DNA of 59,929 bases, counting the filler, from Basidiobolus ranarum (lineage: Eukaryota): assembly GCA_040143965.1 (NCBI GenBank). It is 4 parts of 4 records of this genome, joined end to end, with 100 filler letters (N's around TTAATTAATTAA, not from the genome) between each part and the next. Parts side by side here need not be neighbours in the genome. Positions count along the whole stretch, not along the records: positions 30,064 to 44,950 come from JASJQH010007282.1; positions 45,051 to 59,929 come from JASJQH010007283.1; 2 more parts are not named here. One strand, given 5' to 3'. Positions 38,450 to 51,271 of the stretch are shown here, in pieces (positions within the stretch are counted from its first letter, which is position 1; each line of letters opens with the position of its first letter). The notes beneath the pieces are model-generated. The model made no database searches and was not told the DNA's origin. It saw only the letters and a program-made list of their open reading frames with translations. The position numbers and the translations under genes were made by a program.

Positions 38450-39375
38450 ATCGAGAAGTAAACAATTATCACTTCTAGAGTAGCGTTAGAGCAAGTGGTA
38501 TGATTATCCAACATTTCTGCAGAATAAAGCATAGTGGAGTTTAGTACGTCATATTCAATATCATTCATCCGATATATTGGGCAGGTGCTAAAGTGATAAA
38601 TCTCTTCAAGAGTGAATATGCATACAACATCGTAAATGCCTTGAAAATACCAGATCCTCAAATTGGCTCCGCAGTGATCATAGGAGAATCATTCCTCGGA
38701 CAGCTCCAGAATGCTTGCATATTCCAAGTAGATATGAGTGAGAGATGACAGCACTGATATCCATGTGATTAGAATCAATTCTAATGTAAAGTATGGCTTC
38801 AACCAGAAAGCTACATTAAGGAATGACCCCACAGCTGTCTCTACATATTGTGATACTTGGTACTAGGAGACCTGCTTTAAATTTATCCGTTCCACTATTT
38901 TGGCCTTGATAGCTCATTAGATTGAAGTCTCGATCATTTTGAGACACTAACCAATTTTCCCTCAGCTTGTTTATCATATCAATTATCAAAGGGAGTTCTA
39001 TTTGTTCACCATATGCAAAAGCAGATGTGCACTTGTTTGATATGCTAGTCTGAATATAGAGCAGTATGAACGGAGTTAACAAGATCCTTCAAGAGGAGCA
39101 TACTAGTAATTAAAATCATTTAAAACAGGCTGGAGTACGTTGACACTCTCGATTCGATGGTGAATAATATACGTTTTGAGCCAGTCTCCTGGAACCAACT
39201 GCTTGGCTTAAACATGGGTTTAAAGTTATTGGAACATTGAATACAATCCTGCAGCGACATCGAGATCATAAAATCTCAAATAGGCCAAGTGAGCCAGGTG
39301 AGCTATCACAAGAAATCTTCTAGAACTCGTCAACCAGGGGGTTTATAAGGGATCCGTAAAGCCTGTGGGGTTCAT
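38450..39375 (-). mobile_element. Heavily decayed non-LTR (LINE) reverse transcriptase
   Basis: Degenerate motifs occur in the right order across frameshifts: SSPGSLGLFEIL (KSPGPDG), EGS/LLTPFILLYI (QGS.LSP.LF), SAFAYGEQI (AYADD), YLLGI (YLG), LNSTMLYSAE. Confidence 0.55.
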
Positions 39376-40835
39376 TGAGGATCATTTCAATTTAATAAAT
39401 TACTAATATCCACTTCATATGCTTATGTGATTTCGTTTCTGTATGTCGCTACAAGTGAATCATTTGCTTACATGATTCAGCATGTCAAAGATGATTCCTA
39501 TTTTGGTACATATGAATTTGTATATCCAATCACTGGTTGTGGCTAGGAATCGATGTAAGCGCAGAAGTAATATCATCTCTGTTGTGGAAGCGGATTATGT
39601 AAGTACCTAGTTATGCATTTAAGCCGACTGTTCCGATGAATCTTGCTTCTTCTTGGGATTTTCAACAAACTCGATCAAAGTATATGCTGAACAGTGCAGC
39701 AAGGTAAGTTGGAGCATCCTAGAAGATATGTGACGATTCTCTTCGATCTATTAGTAAAGCTAAATACAAAGCTCTTGTTCTTGGAATCTAAATAAAGGCT
39801 GACTTCTAACTCCACCTGCACTGACGATAAATCAAAAGACAGGCGTCAGGGTCGTAATAATGGTTGCGTGGGAAAACCCTTCAGCCATTACCTTTGTTCC
39901 CGCCACTCTATGGTACTCAAAGATGATGTTATGTGGATGTATTCAGCATGCAGGGAAGGTGGTCACGAAGTTGGTACACTTTGCTTAATCAACTCATCTG
40001 TATTAGGACTCACCATGCTTTCTTAACTAGAAAGATCTTAGATACAACCTGTATTGACCCAATTAATAGGCACACCTAAAAGAGTTCTTGACTGAACCAT
40101 GGGTCTCATTGAGTGGTTATCGGCTGACTGTATGTTCCTCAAATTGTAATGCTGTCACATTTTCGATTCTGAATATTCATCCTAAATATACCAGTCGTCA
40201 ACCGGTTGTAGAGCATATATTTCGTCAGTTGAGTACTCTCCCTATTCATCCTTAATTATGGAAGTTTATTCATTTCATTATTTGGGTTGGATTTTCTTAT
40301 TCATTATGTTTGTTAATTGCAGATTCCTAGATAGGCTTAATGATGTGGACAAAATCGAATGTACATGAGCGAAGATGGGCCTCTTCAGGCAAGGTGCTTG
40401 AGGACTGTTCAAGGTAGACGGTCAATTTCGGAAAAGAGTGAGGGGTTCCCTCGCACCTAAACAAGAATTGACTATACAGATATTCAAGGTCATATTACAC
40501 TTCCTATGAAAGTCAAGTGGAAATTTCGCTGAGTATTGTTCTTTATTTTGGTTGGCTTTAAATTAAGATGATTCTTGTTGAATACTGCAATGTAAATAAA
40601 CATTATAATTAGAGATGAGATGAATGTCGGTCAATGGACGACTGAAAGAAGTCTAGTATCTGAACAAAGTTCTATGAACAATAAAAGAAATTGTCAGTCA
40701 TATCTCTTGGATTGATTGTAAGAACGATGCCAGTGAAGGGGATCTTTTCTTCAGGCAATTTGAATCCATCCAAAATTGCCAAGTAATAAATATTTAAAGG
40801 GAATATAGTAAATCAAAAGAACTTCTTCTAGAAGC

Positions 40836-41483
<648 letters not shown>

Positions 41484-44400
41484 TTACTGAAAAAAGGCTT
41501 GAGTTCTTAGAAGTATAAAAAGGAATAAACAGGTGAACAGATGAAAGGGAAGATAAAACTTATTTTATGGAATTCTTTTCTCTTATATACTTATAGATGA
41601 CGCGTAGGTACATGGCAAAACTAGAAACAATCCCTGTCTAATCTCCTCAATCAACTGCATTTTAGCAATGGAGATGAGGGATTGCCTCTGAAATCGCCCA
41701 GCCAACTGTTAGAGGATCATGAACGGGGCATTAGCCAAGCATTAATTCCGGTATAAGTCACTTGACAAAATTCAAAATAATTCCGTGCAACTAGGTGTGT
41801 CTTCGCAAAATACTCCAACCATTTCAAGATAATTTATTAGATGTGGTTTTATAGGTTTAACCATATCAGCTTGAAACATATCCGAAAAATATATCCAATA
41901 ATCCAATAAACCATTGAGCATCTATCTTTAGTCTCAGGAATTACGCGAAATTTCCTTTCAAGCTTCAACAAGTTTGGTTGCTTTCTTTTAAACCCTATAT
42001 ATAATTACATAACTCCATTGACTGATGCGCCAACCGCTTGGCTGGCGCCTGGAGTTGACCGGTTTATTAATACTTCCTATACAGATCTGATACATCGTTT
42101 CTAATATGCCTGAGTGTGCTGCTAAACTTTTTATGAATTCACTTATTGATATTGTATGCCTATGTACCGCTTTATTAAAAAATAAATTATGATCATAATC
42201 TCATCACTCTCAGTGGTTCAATGGGTATAACCTTCCTAGCTACGGCTGCTATAGAGATCATCATTTGTAAGTAACAGCACAGCCGAAGATTCAACTCTTG
42301 CTTGTAAGAGAATAGCCAAATTTTGAAGGAATTCCAGTCACGTAGTGAAACAAGGAGTCGGATATTCTAATGCGGATGACAGGCTGATTTGGAGTAGGTT
42401 TGGGAAACTTGCCATGCTGTACCTTTTTAAGAATACTACCTTACTTGTACATAGCTGGTACAGATAATCCAATGAAATTACCCCACACTAGATGCTCGTA
42501 TTTGTCAAATATTTGAGTGCTTTTCAGGGTTCACCAAGCTGGAAATACTATTGAGCATACTGGTACATAATTGCTGGTAAGAATCTCGCCAAAATTGAGA
42601 ATTTAAGAGAATATCATGAGATTTCATATAATTCCACCCCTGTGAAATTAAGTACTTGCAGGAATGAATTGACGTTGATCACCTAGTGTTCAGGAGGCTG
42701 CTAGATTTGCTACTCAGCCCATGCTACGGTCAAAATCGTAATACTAAAGTGGATAGCACCCAATGGCAACAAGACTTGTTAAACCTCATCCTAACATTTA
42801 GATTCAGTAGAATCTCCATAGGATCAAGCGGAAATATTTGACAGCATAGTCTGGAAACCGTCTGTCATGGCTGCCAACATGACATTCTCCTTTGATTACT
42901 CACTGTTGTTGAATGTACTACACCCAATTAATATTACGGATGATCGTCGATTGCTTCCGATTTATTGGTTGGGTTCCGAACTGATATATACGATTATACT
43001 AATTAGAACTTAATTCCATTATGAGCTTCCTAATTGATCTTAAACGTAGAAATAGACAATTTTTGAATTGGCATTGAACATAACCAATTGAGTTAAATTA
43101 TTAAATGTGTGATCAAATCGATTATCAAGTCAAAGTGAGATAGGTAGTGAAGTTGCGAGTCAGTTTCAATTCTACCAGGTCAGTGTTGGGTTTCCCAAAC
43201 TTTCTAATTCCCCATGGATCATCACCTTCTTAGGAGAAGGGATTAGTTAAAAGAGAGACTTACTTTGAAACCCCAATCAATGATAGTATACTACTCAGAG
43301 TACCACTATCGTTACTATACCTAATGATAATATAGTTACCTGGGGCAAGCACCTTCTGTTGAACATACAATGAAAAAGATTACGGATCTTTGAATCTAGA
43401 ATTTAAAAATATTTTTAATGGTAAATGGATTTTACTTCGGCTAAGGAAATCAGAAGCGTCCTTTCTGGGTAAGCAAATAGTATGAGCAAAGCTGTGATTA
43501 TAGAAGAGTTTCTTTACGTCTCGCGTCACGTATAAAGATAGTCTGCTGTCAGAATGATATTCCCGTTTATTTGGCATACTTGGATACTTTCGAAGCAAAT
43601 AGTGAGGGCGGATAAAGTAAAGGTTGACAACAATTACGTGTCCATTTATGATGCTGTAAACCTTCTGAATCTTTTAACCGCTATCTTCTCATTTTTGAAG
43701 TGAGACCTTCAAGCCTCCTGGATACTTCGCCATCAATTTTCTTAGAACCATTGTTTAATGGCCCTGAAAATGTCATATGCCTCCATACATATTCTGGTTA
43801 TTGACCCGGAAAGGTGCGGAAGCTATCAATACTATCTGCACCACATGATTTGCTGCGTGATTCAAATAATCCAGTGAGCCTGGAGGTCGTTTTTAAAACA
43901 ACTGGTCTGTCATCCATATAATCAAATTACATGTTCAATTGACATATTGTACGGTCTCCAGTATCCCTAATGCATGAGACTTTTATTATACATGAAGTAT
44001 CGCCCTATCTAAAAACAGTAGAATTTCCCACCCAAGGTGTGTTAAAGTTTGATACTGCCATATATGGCGATAAATAAAACATTAAACCTCGCGCCTATCC
44101 ATGTCCCTTAATCACTACAAGATCCACTAGATCCCTACCGTGGATATGTTTAGAACCAGAAATTGATACATCTTAACTCACATAGACCATTTCCACTGTC
44201 ACAAATACTGGATTTTCCCCTTTCTTCAAAATATAATTTAAGCATATCATTCTCGTATCAAATATATAGCCTATTCCCATAGTGCTTAAAAAATATTCCT
44301 TTCATTTTATTCAAATACTAACAAAATATGCTGACGATGAATCGTAAGCAACTCTGCAGATTCAATTGAACATGGTCCATATGTTTCAGCAGAAATTGGT

Positions 44401-44728
44401 GAAATATTGTTCAGGTGCATATGATTTGTTTTCAAAATATGTATACTTCAACTATAGCAGGTTAATTGAGCAATCTTTTCTCTCTATAATAACCATATTA
44501 TCTGAACACAATCCAATTTGATTTCTGAATCCAATATATTGTATTACCAATATTTCTTGATGGGTATACTTAAGAAGGGTGATGAATGTACTTGAGCTTG
44601 CCATATTCAAAGCTTTAGTAATAATGGAAGCTCAGAAGGCACAATTAACTATGTAAATAGTGCACCCAAGTATTCAATGATTGAATACAATTGGTTCCCA
44701 GTAAGATAGCAAAATATCACATTAATAG

Positions 44729-44950
44729 TGTTAAAGTATTGTAGGAGCCTGTTGGAAGTAGTTTTGAGAACTAGCGAAATTGGTGATTTTCACTTATGAT
44801 TTATTGAGTAGAAAGTTGACATTTATAGTATTGTATATATGTAAAAAAGCTAGCGTATAGAATGTGTTGAGAAAGGTCCCAGGAGCCTGTGGGCAAAGGT
44901 TGGGGCGTCTAGCACAAGCTTGAAAAATCTATATATCTGAGAACTTCTAA
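44729..44950 (-). mobile_element. 3' half of a copia-family LTR, cut by contig end
   Basis: Reverse complement of ~37660-37859. The last 30 nt are identical to window positions 1-30. Confidence 0.8.
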
Positions 44951-45050
44951 NNNNNNNNNNNNNNNNNNNNNNNNNNNNNNNNNNNNNNNNNNNNTTAATT
45001 AATTAANNNNNNNNNNNNNNNNNNNNNNNNNNNNNNNNNNNNNNNNNNNN
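44951..45050. other. Artificial contig spacer
   Basis: N-run + TTAATTAATTAA + N-run. Confidence 0.98.
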
Positions 45051-45104
45051 AACTTCATCTCTTACGCAAAAGCAATATCTAGTAACTTCATCTCTTACGC
45101 AAAA
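45051..45104. repeat. 21-bp direct repeat at contig start
   Basis: AACTTCATCTCTTACGCAAAA at 45051-45071 and 45084-45104. Confidence 0.9.
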
Positions 45105-46383
45105 TACTGTTTGTTCAGTTGTGTAAGTTTTTGAAAATCACCGTATGACATCAACTGTTCCCGCGATAGTGGGTAGCAGCCTGAAATATTCATAGTAAAC
45201 CACATAATCTAAAGGGAATTATTGCTCATTCTGAGGCTATCTTTACCTGCACTCTCTCATCTCACTACGAGTCCAATTAGCCTAATATTTCCAGTTAGAA
45301 TTCAATGATTGTGTCTTCTATTTTCACCAAACTATGATATTCTGTGGATTAATTCGATAATTAATTACATTAGAGAGGCTAAATTACCAGAGCATCCCAT
45401 ACAGTGCTTCTACCTGCGTCACAAAAGGAGTCATAGTCATTCCCTCTCCACCTTTAGCTACGGTCAATAGTCGAAGTCTAACTGCAGTCGAAGCTTTGGT
45501 AATATACATTCTCAGTTAAGTAGTTCACAGAACTCTATTTGTATAATGTAGTGAGAAAAACGTCAGAAGTTGAACTGGATTCATTTCTTTCTTTGGTTTG
45601 CTTATCAAACATGATTACGATGGAGGAGAATGATTATTTTTGATAACAATTTGGGTACGTTCAAGTACACGAAACTCCTGTGTACTACCTTACATAAAAT
45701 ATTGGAGCTACGAACGAGTTCAGTGAAAATATTTAGGGGTAACATGATGTATGATCCAAAGAATCAGGATTCGGGAGCTTAATTCCGGGAGAATGGACTC
45801 TTTCTTGTTTAATCCGATACAATACATTTAAAAGCAAGTGAGGAACCTTTATGGTGGATGTAGATGTTTAGGCATGAAATCTACTACAGAGTTTAGCTTT
45901 CTTCTAGCGTTTTATTAGTCAAATTTATTGTGGTTTAGATCAATCAAGGCAACGGATCAGTGGCTTAGATTGTTCAAGCCATAGCATGTCTAGATATAAT
46001 TCTAAATCACAATCACACCGAATACATAATTTATACTGTTGAAAATGGCCATTGCCGGTTGTTGTAAGTACAGAATACTGGATCACCAGTTGTAGCTTCC
46101 ACCATGACTATATAAAATCAGTATGGAATGGATCTTTCATATATTGAATTATTATAAACTAATCAAATTCACCAAACGTATATATATCTACATGGGACTA
46201 GTAGTTCAACCAATCTGCATATTTAATCTGGATATGATTTATATTGGCTCACTCTTGGCGATTACTAGATGTCCTAACCCTAAGATGTGGATTGTTAATT
46301 AATTAAATCGTTTCATACATTCCCAATGGCCATTCAAATGGAGAAATCAATTCTTTGATAGCAAACACATGGGTGTCTGGATT

Positions 46384-46494
46384 TGAAGCTAAAGAAAGTA
46401 TTGCCTTTGAAGTGAAGCTAAAGAAAGTATTACCTTTGGAGTGAAGCTAAAGAAAGCCTTTGAAGTGAAGCTAAAGAAAGTATTGCCTTCGAAG
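46384..46494. repeat. Minisatellite, 4 copies of a ~29-bp unit
   Basis: TGAAGCTAAAGAAAGTATTGCCTTTGAAG x4; the third copy has a 5-bp deletion. Confidence 0.9.
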
Positions 46495-47329
46495 TTAGTA
46501 ATGTATACCAGTGGTTCTCCTTGGTTTACAATAAATAGAGATGGCCAAAAGTCTCAATAATCTGTATCACTTTAACAAAACAGAACATTCACCCATAATT
46601 AACTATATCCATCCAATCACTAATTCTTGGGCCAGAATTCAATAATCAACCCAGAGTTCGTTGCTAAAAGATCCAGATAGAGATTCAATCAGCAATGTGA
46701 CATCAAACCTGTTCCAAGAGAAACGTGTATGTTCCAATGCAGTTAATACGTGAACTCCATACCCTTCAAAATCTCCGCTCTACCCCACCCCGCCATAAAT
46801 ATTAGACAACTGGAGTGAATGTATTAGATTAGGGTTAAGGCCAAGGAAGGGAACAAGAGTGATTGAGGATAAAAATATGCACCTCCATTTAGGGATATTT
46901 TTACGAATTCATTAGTCAAGACGATACACGATTGAACGTCAGAAGGATAATTATAGCTGCTTTAATTGGTGTGAAACTCTCCTCTTCTACATATGCGCCC
47001 CATGCTAGAATTTGCGGATTAGTATTGACCCACTAATTTACAGCCCAAGCAATGTTACTATTTTCGTGATACACACATTAAGTTGGAAAAGGCAATTTGC
47101 TTTAATGTACACGAGTTTGATCGGAAGTCATATCACGCGGCCATTCAATGATGTATGCTGTTAAATAAGCCCATAAAAGAGGAGAAATTGCATGAACTAG
47201 CAAAATGATGTTCTATTTAAGGCGGGATCGGACTAACAAATAATTCGAAGTACCTTGTACTTTATAATCTCTTCTCTCTTCGGTACTTACCAACCTTCAA
47301 CCATTTCTTTGAAACATAACTTTTCAACT

Positions 47330-48532
47330 ATGGAAACTGCTAGAAGCGCATCATCAAGAATTGAGGATTTGATCTCTAAAACTGCCTCTCCTTTAAGGCC
47401 TGTCATCCCGATCATCGCTAGGTTCTTACTTGTAGTGACATTTTTCGAAGATTCCCTTAGAATTTTGGCTCAGTGGTCTGACCAACTTGTCTATCTGGAG
47501 AAGTATCGCGGTTTCTATCATGGTGCGAATCATGCCTTCCTAGGCCTCAATGTATTCGTAAGTACAGTTTACATCATGGAACATTTGATACATCTGACCG
47601 ACTATGTTCAAACATGGCACGCATGAGATATATGTGCCCACTCACTCTCACCACAAATCCCCACCTCATGCCTCTTACTGTTCCAAAGTACTTTTGTATT
47701 TCCACTGGCATTATGTAGTCAACTGGAACAAGTAGTAACCTACACTACAGTACAGTCGAATGTAGACTAACAGTCTCGTCAAGTGTATTTTAACCAACCA
47801 TTAGCGTTGGCAGTGAGAACAGGAGAGGGGAGTGAAGTAGAGAGTGTATAGAGTAGAAGAAGTGAAAAGAACCATAGTTGGATTTGTATAACCTTACAAA
47901 GATCGAAACTAACCTCTCATATTCATTTGCAGCTTATGTGTGTCGGATCAGCAATGGTAATCATGAAGAAACGAAGTGAATATGCAGTGGCCGGATTGTT
48001 CGCAGTAGTCATCTCGCAAACCATCGGGTACGGACTACTCTTCGACTTCAACTTCTTCTTGCGCAATGTTAGTATTCTAGGTGGGCTTTTGATGCTTCTA
48101 GCCGACTCCCTTCATAGCCACAACAGTAAACGCAAGAGTGTCTTCCCTGGCCTCCCAACTATCAGCCAGACCGATCGTAGCACCTATTTTCAACTCGCAG
48201 GACGTATCCTTCTCATCTTCCTATTCCTCTCATTTGTATTTGCTGGTGAGATGACCCCATTGAGAATCGCTGCCTCAGTTGTTGGACTGATCGCCAGTGC
48301 CATGGTTGTTATTGGATTCAAGGCTAAGTTCTCAGCTCTGTTCCTTGTTCTCTTCCTGTCAGTGTTCAATGTGATCATTAACAACTGGTGGACCATTCAT
48401 CACAGCCATCCTACTAGAGACTTTGTTATGTACGACTTTTTCCAGACCCTTAGTATCATGGGAGGTTTACTGTTACTTGTTAACTTGGGACCAGGAGGAT
48501 TCTCAGTAGATGAAAAGAAAAAGAATTTCTGA
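47330..48532 (+). CDS. ERV29: ER cargo receptor ERV29/SURF4, copy 1; one 375-nt intron
   Basis: IARFLLVVTFFEDSLRI..QWSDQ, FFLRNVSILGGLLM, DFFQTLSIMGGLLLLVNLGPGGFSVDEKKKNF (di-lysine ER motif). Intron 47558-47932. Confidence 0.95.
47675..47824 (+). ncRNA. Candidate intronic structured RNA (H/ACA-like layout) in ERV29 copy 1
   Basis: Hairpin CTGTTCCA/TGGAACAAG, then ANANNA motifs (ACACTA 47742, ACAGTA 47747), a second imperfect stem and ACA at 47819. Pairings judged by eye only. Confidence 0.3.
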
Positions 48533-49251
48533 ACAGGAAATACTCTAGCTTCGAAAATTAGAAGAAATTTTATTTACTTATTTACTGTTTAACTACGCAC
48601 CAAGTGCCATAGAGCCATTGTATACCAACTTTCTGTTTAATCAAAAATCCACAAGTTTCCCTTTCTAAAGCTTAATAAAACCAAATAATTTTCAAGAAAA
48701 TATTTCCATTACTACCACGTTGAGTTCAACTATAAACCTCTGTCAATGATAACCTGTAAATTACGAGACCACAAGTGATGATTGAAAGAATCGAAAACCA
48801 GTGCCTACATCTCGATGCCTTTTTCATTCAACATGTATGAACCAGATGAATTAAGCAATACAGGTAAATGTTTGATCGTAACCTGATTTGTTATCAATCA
48901 AGGAATTTGGAATAAATTGTGATTGTTAAGCTTAATTGTGATCTCATTGACGGCAAAATTTTCCTTAGTAACATGTGAGACGCTCACCCCTTGAAAAATC
49001 TAGATTTGGAATGGTGGCGGGCATCTTCTGCATGAGATATGGTGAAATATTTCCACGCAGAAGCGAAGTTGTTTATGTGGGGAAGTAAACGGATGAAAGA
49101 ATATATATGCATGACAATAATGAGGGTAGTGCCGGAAACTTTATGTCCTCGACTTTGAAACACTATAAAAGTCTGACTCCGTAAGAAAAGAGATATCAGA
49201 TCAAGCTCTTATTCTCTTTACTTTTTAGCTTTGAAATCTTTCCTATCAAAT

Positions 49252-50455
49252 ATGATCCAAACTGCTCGTAACCTATCCGCTAAAATTGAAAATTTGATCT
49301 CTAAAACTGCCTCCCCTTTAAGGCCTGTCATTCCAATCATCGCTAGGTTCTTACTTGTAGTGACATTTTTTGAAGATTCCCTTAGAATTTTGGCTCAGTG
49401 GTCTGACCAACTTGTCTATCTGGAGAAGTATCGCGGTTTCTATCATGGTGCGAATCATGCCTTCCTAGGCCTCAATGTATTCGTAAGTACAGTTTACATC
49501 ATGAAACATTTGATACAGCTGGCCAACTATGCTCAAACATGATGCGCATGAGATATATATGCCACTCACTCAAACTCACTCTCCTCAATGCTCCACCTTA
49601 TACACGCTTACTGTTTCAAAGTACTTTTGTATTTCCACTGGCAGTATGTGATCAACTCGAGCAAGTAGTAACCTACACTACAGTACAGTCGAATGTAGAC
49701 TAACAGTCTCGTCAAGTGTATTTTAACCAACCATTAGCGTTGGCAGTGAGAACAGGAGAGGGGAGTGAAGTAGAGAGTGTATAGAGTAGAAGAAGTGAAA
49801 AGAACCATAGTTGGATTTGTATAACCTTACACTAACCTCTCATATTCATTTACAGATCATGTGCGTCGGCTCAGCAATGGTAATCATGAAGAAACGAAGT
49901 GAATATGCAGTGGCCGGATTGTTCGCAGTAGTCATCTCGCAAACCATCGGGTACGGACTACTCTTCGACTTCAACTTCTTCTTGCGCAATGTTAGTATTC
50001 TAGGTGGGCTTTTGATGCTTCTAGCCGACTCCCTTCATAGCCACAACAGTAAACGCAAGAGTGTCTTCCCTGGCCTCCCAACTATCAGCCAGACCGATCG
50101 TAGCACCTATTTCCAACTCGCAGGACGTATCCTTCTCATTTTCCTATTCCTCTCATTTGTATTTGCTGGTGAGATGACCCCATTGAGAATCGCTGCCTCA
50201 GTTGTTGGACTGATAGCCAGTGCCATGGTTGTTATTGGATTCAAGGCCAAGTTCTCAGCTCTGTTCCTTGTTCTCTTCCTGTCAGTGTTCAATGTGATCA
50301 TTAACAACTGGTGGACCATTCATCACAGCCATCCTACTAGAGACTTTGTTATGTACGACTTTTTCCAGACCCTTAGTATCATGGGAGGTTTACTGTTACT
50401 TGTTAACTTGGGACCAGGAGGATTCTCAGTAGATGAGAAGAAGAAAAACTATTAG
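49252..50455 (+). CDS. ERV29: ER cargo receptor ERV29/SURF4, copy 2; one 373-nt intron
   Basis: Near-identical to copy 1 apart from the first ~13 codons and the last codon (KKKNY). Intron 49483-49855. Has its own TATAAAA at ~49164. Confidence 0.95.
49608..49757 (+). ncRNA. Second copy of the candidate intronic structured RNA
   Basis: 49662-49831 is identical to 47729-47898. Confidence 0.3.
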
Positions 50456-51271
50456 GGCAATCACTCATAGTCATACATAGAATATTTAAATTAATTAACA
50501 TATATAGATTTTATTCATTCAGTTCTCACTTATATTTATCCTTATTCCAAGAAGTATATCAATAAATCCACTCTATCTTTTCAGTAGATAAATACTGGTA
50601 CACCTTTTTTTTAAGACCAACTCCTAGCCCGTATCGACGATGAAATTCAAATCCTAAAAAATGGGTTACTGGTTTTCATAGAAAAATCAAGCTAGAGCCA
50701 CTCGTGTGATTAAACTGATACTGTTTCCGAGAATTATCAAATCGAACACTTTGCTGAGGTGGTAGATAATTTATTTTAAAAGTGGCTAACTAATTTGATC
50801 AAGTATTCTCTTGATTGGACCGGCTGTATTTGTCGAGGTGACTAATGGTGAGGAACTCAAGTCCGATGTACATACAACAATCCACATATAAAAGTGATTC
50901 CTCTACCACAAGTAACTCTAACCGAAGGAACGAAGGTTAATCTCAAAAGAGTATCGAATACCATGCCTGGGTAAAGACATTACGGTAAGGATATAGAAGA
51001 TTCAACTAAAGAAAGGGAAATGTTAGTGTGTGAAAAAGATTTGGTTGCGGTAATTGTTAAAAGAAGAATGATTCGGTAGAAATTGCTCACCAGATATAAA
51101 TAGTAAAAGTGTGTGAAATCATCCGAAGTAGGGAATTTTGGTGCAACAAAAAAGAGAAATGAATTCCATTCCAAGGCAAGATAAAAGTGGCTTCACAAGG
51201 ACTTGACAAACCGCCTTCCCCTAGTAATCTTTTCATTTGACTCTTGATAAGTGTTGGTTATCTCATAAACG

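Noticed and set aside
46384..46494. CRISPR-like array of ~29-bp repeats
   Set aside because: Units are head-to-tail with no unique spacers, there are no cas genes, and the context is eukaryotic.
50460..51270. Riboswitch or tRNA upstream of bioF, or TPP riboswitch/hammerhead in the ERV29 introns
   Set aside because: No TPP core (CUGAGA...), hammerhead core (CUGANGA...GAAA) or tRNA cloverleaf was visible by eye.
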